A stretch of 64,000 bases of DNA. It comes from an uncultured Methanosarcinales archaeon (GTDB lineage: Archaea; Nanobdellota; Nanobdellia; Woesearchaeales; CAYVYK01). Positions 18,499-27,856 of the stretch are shown in pieces. Position 1 is the stretch's first letter. Each line of letters begins with the position of its first letter. Both the position numbers and the translations under genes were made by a program. Below the pieces are notes generated by a model that had not been told where the DNA came from, did not search any database, and worked only from the letters and a program-made list of their open reading frames with translations. The DNA lies in NCBI GenBank assembly GCA_964455675.1, contig CAYVYK010000002.1, positions 133,791 through 197,790 on the forward strand. Reading direction: 5' to 3'.

Positions 18499-18530
18499 AG
18501 TATACACATTAGTATACTAGTATTTAAATC
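18499..18530. promoter_or_regulatory. Inverted repeat AGTATAC-N6-GTATACT next to a TATA-like box
   Basis: AGTATAC ACATTA GTATACT followed by AGTATTTAAATC. Confidence 0.5.
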
Positions 18531-18705
18531 TTTGCTTTCTGTAATCTTCCCATCGAGGAGAAATAACCATATCAGACAGGGAAAGTGCGGAGAATCCAGG
18601 GAAATTACACATGGGATAAAGCAGTGTTGTTAAGTTCAACCTGTATGGAAGTCAACAGAAGGTTTTTATAAATCGATACCAGGAAAGGAACTCGGGTGAT
18701 GATGT

Positions 18706-20121
18706 ATGGTGAATAAACACACAATGAATACTATGGTTATCGGAATAATTCTGGCAGGACTGCTCGTGTTTGGCGGCGTCACTGCATACAATGAGCTCGT
18801 GGAAAACAAGATGTCCATGGGCGATAACATGATGTCAGGTACAAAGATTACCGTCTACAACCAAGGACTTGGTCTTGTCAAGCAGGATTTCTCCAAGACG
18901 CTTCCTTCAGGTACGAGCCATCTGCTCATTGAGGATGTCGCTAGCCTCATTGACACTTCCTCCGTGAAGCTGTCAAGCAAGAACAATGAAGTTGAGCTTC
19001 TCGAGCAGAATTATCAGTATGATCTCGTCGATCAGTACCAGCTCATGCAGAAGTTTGTTGGTAAACAAGTGACGGTTCTCCTGAAAGATCCGCGCGAGGA
19101 AATGAGTGGTAGGCTCCTCAGCTATTCTGGCAGCCAGGCCATCATCGAGTCTGATGATGGTTCAATCAGGATTCTCGAGTCGGGTGAGTACGTTTTGCCT
19201 TCCATGAATACGTCTGAACTGTTGCTCAAGCCAACACTCGATTGGCTTGTTGATACCCCGGTAGCAAAGCAGTATGATATGTCGCTCATGTATCTGACCC
19301 AAGGCATGAGTTGGAATGCAGATTATATCATGGTGCTGAATGAGGCAGACACTGAGGGTGACTTCAAGGGATGGGTAACGGTCAACAATAATGCGGGCAC
19401 GACGTTTAAGAACGCCGAGCTCAAGCTCATGGCTGGTGACATCAATATTGTACAGGAACCTTCGCCCATGCTCTACGAGCGGATGTATGACGTGATGGCC
19501 ACAGGTGCTGAGGAGGGAAAAGGCTTTGTCGAAGAGGGAATGTTTGAGTACCACATGTACACGCTCCAGCGCCCAACTACTCTTCGCAACAATGAGCAAA
19601 AACAGATTAGCCTTCTTGAGGCAAAGCCAGTTGGGGTAAGCAAGCGCTTTGTATACAGTGGAGGCGACAAGGTTCTCGTCAAGGTTGCGTTTAACAACAG
19701 TGAGGCAAACAAGATGGGTATGCCGCTCCCGAAGGGAAAGGTAAAAGTCTTCAAGGAAGACTCGTCAAAGAGCCTTCAATTCCTCGGAGAGGACAGGATT
19801 GACCATACACCAAAAGACGAGGAACTTGATCTCTCTATAGGGAATGCGTTTGACATCACAGGAGAGAAGAGTCAGACCAATTACCAGACCACAAGTTCAT
19901 ACAACATGTATTCGTACGAGGTTACCCTGCGCAACCATAAGGATGAGGATGTGATAGTCCATGTCGAGGAGAGCCCCTCAGGCTATCGTGAATGGGACAT
20001 GATCTCTGAGAACTTCCCTCACGAGAAGGAAGCGCAGAACAAGATTGTGTGGAAAATCCCAGTTCCAAAGGACGGGGAGGTCAAGCTGACCTACACGATC
20101 AGGTACAAGGTCTATAGGTAA
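18706..20121 (+). CDS. DUF4139/DUF4140-like secreted protein
   Basis: Signal/TM; ITVYNQGLGLV, LEQNYQYDL, YLTQGMSWNADY, GMPLPKGKVKV, FLGEDRIDHTPKDE. Confidence 0.85.
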   Translation: MVNKHTMNTMVIGIILAGLLVFGGVTAYNELVENKMSMGDNMMSGTKITVYNQGLGLVKQDFSKTLPSGTSHLLIEDVASLIDTSSVKLSSKNNEVELLEQNYQYDLVDQYQLMQKFVGKQVTVLLKDPREEMSGRLLSYSGSQAIIESDDGSIRILESGEYVLPSMNTSELLLKPTLDWLVDTPVAKQYDMSLMYLTQGMSWNADYIMVLNEADTEGDFKGWVTVNNNAGTTFKNAELKLMAGDINIVQEPSPMLYERMYDVMATGAEEGKGFVEEGMFEYHMYTLQRPTTLRNNEQKQISLLEAKPVGVSKRFVYSGGDKVLVKVAFNNSEANKMGMPLPKGKVKVFKEDSSKSLQFLGEDRIDHTPKDEELDLSIGNAFDITGEKSQTNYQTTSSYNMYSYEVTLRNHKDEDVIVHVEESPSGYREWDMISENFPHEKEAQNKIVWKIPVPKDGEVKLTYTIRYKVYR

Positions 20122-20203
20122 TGAAGTGGTAGTGAAGTCGAAACGAAGTCGTAACGTATGGGTAACCATAAAGATTTTATATCCATGGCAGGATGGAGTG
20201 TGC

Positions 20204-20554
20204 ATGAGGTTATTGCCCTTCATCCTGCTTATTGTTCTTTTATCAGCTTGCGCGCAGGAGAAAGAGGTTGAGGTGGCCCCAGCGCCATCGTTCGATCTTT
20301 CAGTCTATAATCAATCGATCAATGCGATCCGTGACCTTCACGAACGCGGAGCCCTACTGCAGAGCGAGCTGAACGCAAATCCGAATGATCCTCGGAAGAT
20401 TGATGCGTATCGCGCCTGGCAAATGGAGTACAATAATGTTATGCGCGATTTCTCAAGCTTCATCGAGCATAACATGCAGGACTTGACGAATAACGGAGTT
20501 GATCCGGGTAAAGACCTTTCGCAGATTGTCAAAGAGGAGTATGGTACAGTATGA
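20204..20554 (+). CDS. Putative lipoprotein
   Basis: MRLLPFILLIVLLSAC lipobox. Confidence 0.7.
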   Translation: MRLLPFILLIVLLSACAQEKEVEVAPAPSFDLSVYNQSINAIRDLHERGALLQSELNANPNDPRKIDAYRAWQMEYNNVMRDFSSFIEHNMQDLTNNGVDPGKDLSQIVKEEYGTV

Positions 20555-21171
20555 GGGCGTTCATTCTCGGAATCATTATTGTCTCGTTCATCATCGCATT
20601 CATCGTGTTTCCTCATATGCCTGATACAATGGCTTCGCACTGGAACGCGCAAGGCATTGCTGATGGCAAGATGAGCAGGGGATGGGGCGTATTCTTCATG
20701 CCCTGTTTGATGCTCGCACTTGCGCTCCTCCTACTCGTGATTCCAAGGATTGATCCTCTTCAGAAGAATGTGAAGACATTTCAGAAGGAGTATGATCGTA
20801 TCGTCGCTGGAATACTCTTGTTTCTGCTCTATTTGTACACGCTCACGCTTGTGTGGAATAGTGGAGTGCAATTCAATATGATGAGGTTATTATCACCCGC
20901 ATTCGCCGCACTGTTCATATTGATTGGCGTCATGCTCCCTAAGACAAGGCGGAACTGGTTTATCGGTATTCGGACGCCTTGGACGCTCTCGAGCGATAAA
21001 GTATGGGAGAAAACCCATCATCAGGGGGGGTTGTGCTTCATTGCCGCAGGATTGCTCGCACTCGGCGGTGTGATTTTGCCTTCATATGCGATATGGTTCA
21101 TTCTCGCTCCGCCAGTTCTTGCTGCAGTGTACACGGTCGTGTATTCATACATTCTTTTCAGGAAAAGCTAG
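20551..21171 (+). CDS. SdpI/DUF1648 family membrane protein
   Basis: ASHWNAQGIADG, RNWFIGIRTPWTLSSDKVWEKTH. Confidence 0.9.
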   Translation: MRAFILGIIIVSFIIAFIVFPHMPDTMASHWNAQGIADGKMSRGWGVFFMPCLMLALALLLLVIPRIDPLQKNVKTFQKEYDRIVAGILLFLLYLYTLTLVWNSGVQFNMMRLLSPAFAALFILIGVMLPKTRRNWFIGIRTPWTLSSDKVWEKTHHQGGLCFIAAGLLALGGVILPSYAIWFILAPPVLAAVYTVVYSYILFRKS

Positions 21172-21202
21172 CTTTTTATACCCTGGAAGATATCCGAGAG
21201 AT

Positions 21203-21922
21203 ATGCATCTCATCATTCAAAATGAGTCTATCAAGGAATGCCTCATTGAGTCCGAAGAATCGATATTACTCGGTGAACACGCAAGACTGCTTAAAGCAGC
21301 GACAACCTTCTCGGAGTTTTGGAAGATCGTGTTCAAGCATGCGCTCTTTTTGCAGATCCCAACCCTCACGGTCACTCTCAACACGATGAACTGTTACTTC
21401 TGGCTCTGCCCGAAGCCCTATGGTGAAGATATGTTTATGAAAGCCGCCGAAAAGCTGTCTCAGATCTCGAAGGAAAATGACGTTGCTGGTCAGATCATTA
21501 TCCGGGAAGGAGGGAAAAAATACCTTCTACAGGAGGAACAGACGATCGCGGTCTTCAAGGAATTGGGCCGCAAGGCAGCGCAAGTCGAGATTGAGTTTGT
21601 GTCAGGGAGCGCTGAGTACACATGTCTTGCCTTCAATTCTGCTCGCAACCTTACGGCAGCGGTCACTGAATTTGATAATCCTTCATTTCCTGATACCATT
21701 GTGATGACAGGTCTTCTGACGAATGGAACGATTGTCAATATCCGTAAGGACCAACTGCATCTATTGACGCAAGACATGCTTAAGGGATTCATAACGATGC
21801 ATTTTCCGGGAAGCACGAATGAGGATCTTAGAAAGATTCAGCATGAATGGAGAAAGAAAATTCTGGAATGGAAATCTATTGAGGAGAAATCCACACAGAA
21901 GCAGAAAGCGCCGTCGAATTAA
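21203..21922 (+). CDS. Hypothetical protein
   Basis: Long ORF; TATA-like TTTTTATA about 25 nt upstream of MHLIIQ. Confidence 0.65.
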   Translation: MHLIIQNESIKECLIESEESILLGEHARLLKAATTFSEFWKIVFKHALFLQIPTLTVTLNTMNCYFWLCPKPYGEDMFMKAAEKLSQISKENDVAGQIIIREGGKKYLLQEEQTIAVFKELGRKAAQVEIEFVSGSAEYTCLAFNSARNLTAAVTEFDNPSFPDTIVMTGLLTNGTIVNIRKDQLHLLTQDMLKGFITMHFPGSTNEDLRKIQHEWRKKILEWKSIEEKSTQKQKAPSN

Positions 21923-23498
21923 CCTTCTGGCCGTAAACTCGCGCGCTGGAATAATCCACAATGCTACCTTCAGCAAGGATCTCTGTTGTCCCATCAACTT
22001 CGAGGGCGACGGTATTGCTCACAGCGCTCCCCTCAATGACTTTTAGCTGGATGGATTCGCCAAGGATCGTTGTAAGTATTCCCCACGAATCAACCATGAG
22101 AGATTTCGTTTGCAGTGATGCGAGCATGACGCTTGCGCTTTCTAGACCAATACTCATTGGATAGATGAGAAGATTGCCTGCGTGAATCATTTCCCCCTCG
22201 ATCACCTTTCGTTCATCTCCATCAACAATGATTGTCCCAGACCGTTCGCTAATATTGACGCTCGTGAGAGTCACATCATGAACTTCAGTGTAGAATTCCA
22301 ACCGCTGCAGTGCATGGATGGGAAGCGTCTGCTGGGCACTGACAGGTAATACGGTAAGTGCGGCGGTCGCCGTTGATTCATCCTTGACGTCGAGCATATG
22401 AAGGTAGAAGAGATTTTCCCCAAAAAGAACGCTTCCATTCACTGATATGGTATGGATCTCTCCATCGACCGATAGGGTTGCAGATTCAAGTTCCGGATTG
22501 ATACCAAAGAAGCTTACCGTGTGCCCACCATCCAAAGTGAGTAGTCTGCTCTCCCGCAGCCTAAGAAGTATCTCTTTCCATGCGTCGATCCTTCCTTGGA
22601 GGCATTGCCCATTGTGGCATCCGGCGAGGCAAGTGACATTCACGATTCCGGGTCTGTTGTCCGTTTGGCATACCGCCTCCTGAAGGGTATCTCCAACGCA
22701 AGCATCTGGAAGTTCTCCCGCGTAGGATCCCACTCCCTTCTGGCCACCGCAGTTCGTTCCATAGGTATAGTTTCGCAAGTATTTCACGATACTTGCGCGA
22801 TAATTATCGATACCATCGCTGTCTGTGCATCCAAAAAGTACATTGCTGCAATTTGAATAATCGATAGATGCACAATCAGAGCAGCAGCGGACAGTTCCAT
22901 CAGCAAATCCAAACGCCTGGCAAGTGAGGTTAACCGTCCCATCGCACGCTTCTTTTTCCTCCCGAAGATTGTTTCCACAGACGAGTCTCGGTATGCAGTT
23001 GCTCGCGTTAATTGCACATTCTGGAGTGCACGTGACGTTTCCCTTAAGGTATCCAAGGCTTGTACAGCTCGCTCCGGCGAGATCTTCTATATCACATTCT
23101 TCGGATAATTCCGCGATTCCATTCCCGCATGTTTGCGAGTAGCGAATGATGCAGCTGCCATTCGTGCAGCCGTGCGTACAGTTGATTCTGCTTTCCTTGC
23201 ATGCATACTCCACGCAGCCAAGAGACGAGATAGAGTAGTTTCCTTCGCACCGTGACGGGAAAGAACAGCGGGTTTGGTTTCCCCAAAGAGCGCACTCTCC
23301 AGCCATGCAGTATTCCATGATGGTTCCATTCAAGCAGTGAGTTCCACCCCACGTACACTCATCGTCGCATGAGATGTTTGTAGTCACATTGATGGGGGCC
23401 GTGACATTTGGAGTGACGTTTGTTGCATTCATTGGCGCATCATGCGAACATGCACTTAGGATCAGAATAAGTGCCAGGGCCGCAATAAGTAGACGCAT
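21876..23498 (-). CDS. Cys-rich surface lipoprotein
   Basis: LSAC lipobox; CGNG..E..E.CD repeats; CTDSDG motif; beta-rich C-terminal repeats. Confidence 0.8.
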   Translation of the reverse strand: MRLLIAALALILILSACSHDAPMNATNVTPNVTAPINVTTNISCDDECTWGGTHCLNGTIMEYCMAGECALWGNQTRCSFPSRCEGNYSISSLGCVEYACKESRINCTHGCTNGSCIIRYSQTCGNGIAELSEECDIEDLAGASCTSLGYLKGNVTCTPECAINASNCIPRLVCGNNLREEKEACDGTVNLTCQAFGFADGTVRCCSDCASIDYSNCSNVLFGCTDSDGIDNYRASIVKYLRNYTYGTNCGGQKGVGSYAGELPDACVGDTLQEAVCQTDNRPGIVNVTCLAGCHNGQCLQGRIDAWKEILLRLRESRLLTLDGGHTVSFFGINPELESATLSVDGEIHTISVNGSVLFGENLFYLHMLDVKDESTATAALTVLPVSAQQTLPIHALQRLEFYTEVHDVTLTSVNISERSGTIIVDGDERKVIEGEMIHAGNLLIYPMSIGLESASVMLASLQTKSLMVDSWGILTTILGESIQLKVIEGSAVSNTVALEVDGTTEILAEGSIVDYSSARVYGQKVNSTALSASVWISPQ

Positions 23499-23559
23499 TG
23501 CAACGGTATCCAGAATTCTCCTATAAAAAAGTTGTTAAAAAAAAATAAAAATAGGATTC

Positions 23560-23937
23560 TTACTGAGAATCCTCTTCACCGAACTCTTCGTCATCTGAGG
23601 AGTCTTCGGTTGGTTGATCCTCTTCAGCTTGCGGTTCCTTTGGCTCTTCACCGAAGTCTTCACTTGCTGTCTCTTCAGTTTCGCTTGATTCTGTTTCGGA
23701 CTTTGCTCCGAGAACCTCGGCAAATCCTACTTTTCTGAAGACTTTCGTGACACGGATGCGTACTTCGTCTCCTTCCTTTGTGTTAGGAACGAAGAGAACG
23801 AATCCATTCTTCTTGGCGATGCCGTCTCCCTTTTCGCCGACCGCTTCAATCTTGACTTCCAATTCTTCTCCGACTCTTACTGGGGACATTGGTCGTCCGC
23901 GAAAGCGGCCACCTTGACTTGACTCATTTCCATACAT
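23560..23937 (-). CDS. Single TRAM-domain RNA-binding protein with acidic tail
   Basis: PVRVGEELEVKIEAVGEKGDGIAKKNGFVLFVP...VGFAEV. Confidence 0.92.
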   Translation of the reverse strand: MYGNESSQGGRFRGRPMSPVRVGEELEVKIEAVGEKGDGIAKKNGFVLFVPNTKEGDEVRIRVTKVFRKVGFAEVLGAKSETESSETEETASEDFGEEPKEPQAEEDQPTEDSSDDEEFGEEDSQ

Positions 23938-24072
23938 ATGTATTCACCTACTAATCGTGTACGCATGAACGCGTACCTAGACAGCGAGATTGAGTTCTGT
24001 TTATAAAGGTACCCTTTTTATCGCTCGTAAAGGGAGCAAATCCTATATAGGGGATGGCTCTAAAACGTATGA

Positions 24073-24870
24073 ATGGCAGTCATAGATTCGGAGGTTCGTT
24101 TCATATGGAGAATACTACTCGATATTCTCCTCCTTCCCATTACCTTGATCCAGGTCCTGATGGGTAGAAAGGAAGCGTCAGCACTTGTAAAACCACTGAG
24201 TGACGCTGGAGCATTCTTCCTCCAACCGAAGTGTACGGTAGCTCTGATTGTTGTGAATGTGGGTGTTTTTCTCATTACCCTTCTGCTGGGTCCTGAGAAG
24301 GTTGCTCCCTTTGTGCACTTTCCCACAAATATCCTTGATGCTGGGAAGCTGTACACGATCATCACGGCAGGATTTCTTCATCAGAACTTGACACATCTTG
24401 GACTCAACATGCTTGCCTTGTTCATTTTTGGGAGAATTGTGGAGCGCAAGCTTGGCATCCTGAAGATGGCGATGGTATACTTTGGCGCTCTTGTCATTTC
24501 GATGGTTTTTCATTCAGGTATCTATCTCCTCATGGGAGAGAATGTGGGGGGCGTAGGCGCGAGTGGCGCCATCATGGGTCTTGTGTCGACTGCGATGCTG
24601 ATCGATCCGCTGTATGTGACGTTTGAGCTCATTATTCCCTTGCCTGTTATGGTTGTTGGATGGCTGACAATCATTCTCGACCTTGTTGGTGTCTTGAATC
24701 CAGTGCCAGGAGTGGGCCATCTCGCACACCTAGGGGGATTTTTCTCGATTGCGCTCATCATGTATCTCCTTCCGTCGAGCAATAGGGCTCAGCTGAAAAT
24801 GGGGCTCGTGGTGAACATGATCTCCCTTGCGATTGGTCTAACACTGTATTTTGGGTTACGATTCATATAG
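24073..24870 (+). CDS. Rhomboid intramembrane serine protease
   Basis: FLHQNLTHLGLNM, GASGAI catalytic Ser, HLAHLGG catalytic His. Confidence 0.93.
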   Translation: MAVIDSEVRFIWRILLDILLLPITLIQVLMGRKEASALVKPLSDAGAFFLQPKCTVALIVVNVGVFLITLLLGPEKVAPFVHFPTNILDAGKLYTIITAGFLHQNLTHLGLNMLALFIFGRIVERKLGILKMAMVYFGALVISMVFHSGIYLLMGENVGGVGASGAIMGLVSTAMLIDPLYVTFELIIPLPVMVVGWLTIILDLVGVLNPVPGVGHLAHLGGFFSIALIMYLLPSSNRAQLKMGLVVNMISLAIGLTLYFGLRFI

Positions 24871-24937
24871 CAACGCGCACGAGAGACGGTTTCATGGAGA
24901 AGATGTGCCTAGGACAGGAAGGCATCAGTTAAAAATC

Positions 24938-25252
24938 TTAGCTGCGATACATGAAGCATCTGCACCGCATGTTATCATTCACTCTATATGGCTCGCACGC
25001 TCTCCTTCCTCGCGTGGGCTGATCGCAGCTGAAGTCAAGGTCTGTCATCCAATCCTGCTCTATTTCGCAATCCTCGCCGTCGCCCGGGACGATTGTTGTG
25101 CACTTATCATACCCATCACCTGATGTGATTCTATCAACAGCAGTGTAAAGAGCGAATCCCGTCCCTTCGGATGGACCCCCACCAGTCGTGAATGCAGCCA
25201 CAGTCCCAAGAAGAACAATTACAAATATCATGAGCCCGATTTGCCGGTGCAT
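24938..25252 (-). CDS. Small secreted Cys-rich protein
   Basis: Signal-like N-terminus, TGFA motif, 6 Cys; TTTAAAT upstream. Confidence 0.6.
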   Translation of the reverse strand: MHRQIGLMIFVIVLLGTVAAFTTGGGPSEGTGFALYTAVDRITSGDGYDKCTTIVPGDGEDCEIEQDWMTDLDFSCDQPTRGRRACEPYRVNDNMRCRCFMYRS

Positions 25253-25287
25253 GTCCTAATTCTGGACGGTGAGGTATTTAAACGTTT

Positions 25288-25488
25288 CTAGTGGTGCCGC
25301 ACAAGATGCAGTGTGGATTGCGTGATTCCGACAAACGAAAGCACCATGATAAGCCCGTTCGTAAGGGATGTGTCAAGGCCAATGGCAAGTACGCTGCTGC
25401 CTCGCGTCCATGCGTAGAATGCAATGAAGAATATGCAGCTGAAGAGCACAAGCAGCGTGAGTTGCACGATGGTTTTCTGGTGCATCAT
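25288..25488 (-). CDS. Small 2-TM membrane protein
   Basis: Two hydrophobic helices; TTTATA upstream. Confidence 0.55.
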   Translation of the reverse strand: MMHQKTIVQLTLLVLFSCIFFIAFYAWTRGSSVLAIGLDTSLTNGLIMVLSFVGITQSTLHLVRHH

Positions 25489-25613
25489 GGATAGGAGGAA
25501 GTTCTTCTATAAATATCTACGGAGCACAGATGATGTACAGATACATACGGAACCCTGAATGGTGGATCAGGGAAAATGTATTTATAAGAGGTGCAAATCT
25601 TCATCACTCAAAT

Positions 25614-26630
25614 ATGGTAACAGATAAGTATTTTGAGCGGATGCGTGAGACATCAGCTAGAGCTGATACGATTATTGCTCACTATGTGGAGGGTGCACAT
25701 AAGCCTGCCGCCGCGCTGCCTTTGCGCCGTATTGGCCGTCCAAGGCTGAGAGACAATGCGGTCCGGCTTGGATATGAGATATCGGGCGGCGATGATTGGC
25801 ACGATGTCGCTCCGGTGTGTGCAAGCTATGAACTCCTCAATTGCTCAACATATGTGATCAATTGGATTTTTGACAAGAAGAATGGTGATCGCTCGGATGC
25901 TGAAGTAAATGATCTTATCATGGCAGGATTTCATCTGCGGGAGCTTGCTGAGCGGGTGTTGTATGATTATGGTCATGTGAGGCTCGTGGCGTCAATCAGC
26001 CGGATAAATGAGGCAGTCTACGAAGGCCAGCACCTCGACATGAACGTGCTCAGAGTTGGAAACGCAAGGCAATTCCCGACCATTGATGAGTTTCTCAAGG
26101 TGTATGAAAGGAGATGCATGATGCTTTCAGGTGTGTTCTATGGATCGGCGCTGTGGGCTGGTTCTGTTGTGGCCAAAGTGCCAAATGAGAATCTCTATAG
26201 TATTGCATCACGCATGGGACAGGATGGACAGGCCGCCAATGATCTAGGTGATTTCGCAGTTCCTGATCCAGGAATAACGGTTATCGAAAAGCCGTACAAG
26301 GACCAGCTATCCGACTTACGGCAGGGCAAGCTCACGCTTCCATTGTTTCTCATGTTGACCAGGGCATCTTCGCAAGATCGTATGATCCTCGAGGATATGG
26401 CGTGCGAGAGTGCTCCTGTTGCATACGAAGAGGTTACCAGAATCATGAGGAGTACAGGAGCCCTTGATACTTGCCTTACATACCTTCGAACTCAGCATGA
26501 CGCCATGAAACAATCGCTGTATGGATTATTTCCTCCATCTCCAGCGCGGGATGCGATCGCGGAGATGTTTGTGCATACTGCGCATAATAAATTTATAGCA
26601 AGACTTCGAAAAGTGGTTGAGGGATCGTAA
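25614..26630 (+). CDS. Divergent trans-isoprenyl diphosphate synthase-fold protein
   Basis: YEGQHLD, QAANDLGD (second Asp-rich motif), SDLRQGKLTLPL; first DDxxD motif degenerate (INWIFDKK). Confidence 0.8.
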   Translation: MVTDKYFERMRETSARADTIIAHYVEGAHKPAAALPLRRIGRPRLRDNAVRLGYEISGGDDWHDVAPVCASYELLNCSTYVINWIFDKKNGDRSDAEVNDLIMAGFHLRELAERVLYDYGHVRLVASISRINEAVYEGQHLDMNVLRVGNARQFPTIDEFLKVYERRCMMLSGVFYGSALWAGSVVAKVPNENLYSIASRMGQDGQAANDLGDFAVPDPGITVIEKPYKDQLSDLRQGKLTLPLFLMLTRASSQDRMILEDMACESAPVAYEEVTRIMRSTGALDTCLTYLRTQHDAMKQSLYGLFPPSPARDAIAEMFVHTAHNKFIARLRKVVEGS

Positions 26631-26662
26631 GCATTTTATATCTCGGGCAAACCGTCAAGTGT

Positions 26663-27499
26663 ATGAAGAAGATCGGCGGGCAGGCAGTCATTGAAGGTGT
26701 CATGATCCGCTGCGAGAACAAGCTTTCTATCGCGACGATAAATGGCAACCGTATCAAGGTAAAGAAGGAGCGACTGAAGCTATGGAGCGATACGCGTCCA
26801 TGGTTGAAGTGGCCTCTCATCCGTGGTGTGGTTGGCATGGTGGAGATGCTTATCGTCGGCATGCGCGCTCTCATGTATTCTGCATCTGTTGCAGGCGAGG
26901 AGGATGAGAAGCTTTCGACGCGCGATTTGGTCCTTACGATGGCATTCGCTGTTGTCGTCACGATAGGCGTGTTCATTCTGCTTCCGTTGTACTTGACGAA
27001 GATTCTCACTTCTGATCGTGGCATAGTCTTCAATGCGATCGATGGTCTGCTGCGAGTCATATTCTTTGTAGTATATATTATGATTATTTCGCTCTCGAAG
27101 GATGTGCGAAGAATATTTGAATTTCATGGAGCAGAACACATGACGATTCACTGCTATGAGCATGGCAAGCCCCTGACGGTGCAGAATGTGGAGAAATTCC
27201 GGACCCAGCACCTACGCTGTGGTACGTCGTTTCTCATCATTGTCGTCCTTATCAGTATTGTGGTATTCTCATTGATCATCAGCCCAAATTTCTGGGTCAA
27301 GTTCGTTGGCCGCATTATCTTAATTCCAGTCATTGCGGGAATATCGTACGAGTTGCTGCAGCTCTCCCATAAGTATGAACGTGTGCGTTTTTTCCGCATC
27401 ATCAGCGCTCCGGGGGTATGGCTCCAGTATATCACAACGAAGAAGCCAAATAAGGCTCAGATTCGCACGGCGATCGCAGCCGTGAAAGCAGTTCTGTGA
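26663..27499 (+). CDS. DUF1385 family membrane protein
   Basis: IGGQAVIEGVM, FEFHGAEH, HLRCGTSF, LQYITTKKP. Confidence 0.92.
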   Translation: MKKIGGQAVIEGVMIRCENKLSIATINGNRIKVKKERLKLWSDTRPWLKWPLIRGVVGMVEMLIVGMRALMYSASVAGEEDEKLSTRDLVLTMAFAVVVTIGVFILLPLYLTKILTSDRGIVFNAIDGLLRVIFFVVYIMIISLSKDVRRIFEFHGAEHMTIHCYEHGKPLTVQNVEKFRTQHLRCGTSFLIIVVLISIVVFSLIISPNFWVKFVGRIILIPVIAGISYELLQLSHKYERVRFFRIISAPGVWLQYITTKKPNKAQIRTAIAAVKAVL

Positions 27500-27664
27500 A
27501 AAACCTTCAGGAATGCAGCCTGAAACCCTGATCTTGAAGAAAATGCACGTATAACCCTTATAAATGGCAAAATGGGGGGTATAGTCCTCAGCTGACAAAG
27601 ATTTATATAGAGAAATAAAGAACCTAGGAGGTATTCTTATTATGGCAGTATGGAGGTCAATCGT

Positions 27665-27811
27665 ATGGTACAAGGAAGATGCATGAAGTGCAAGATGGGC
27701 GTCGAAATCAAGAACGGCAAAGAGACAACGATGAAGAACGGAATGAAGGCAATGAAGGGCGAATGCCCAAAATGCGGTACGAAGGTCTTCAGAATTCTCG
27801 GTAAAGCGTAA
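27665..27811 (+). CDS. 48-aa basic Zn-ribbon protein (DUF5679-like)
   Basis: Not in ORF track; MVQGRCMKCK...MKNGMKAMKGECPKCGTKVFRILGKA*, GGAGG RBS. Confidence 0.85.
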   Translation: MVQGRCMKCKMGVEIKNGKETTMKNGMKAMKGECPKCGTKVFRILGKA

Positions 27812-27856
27812 ACATCATTTTCACGAGTATTTTTATTATCTTTTTCATTCTCATTC

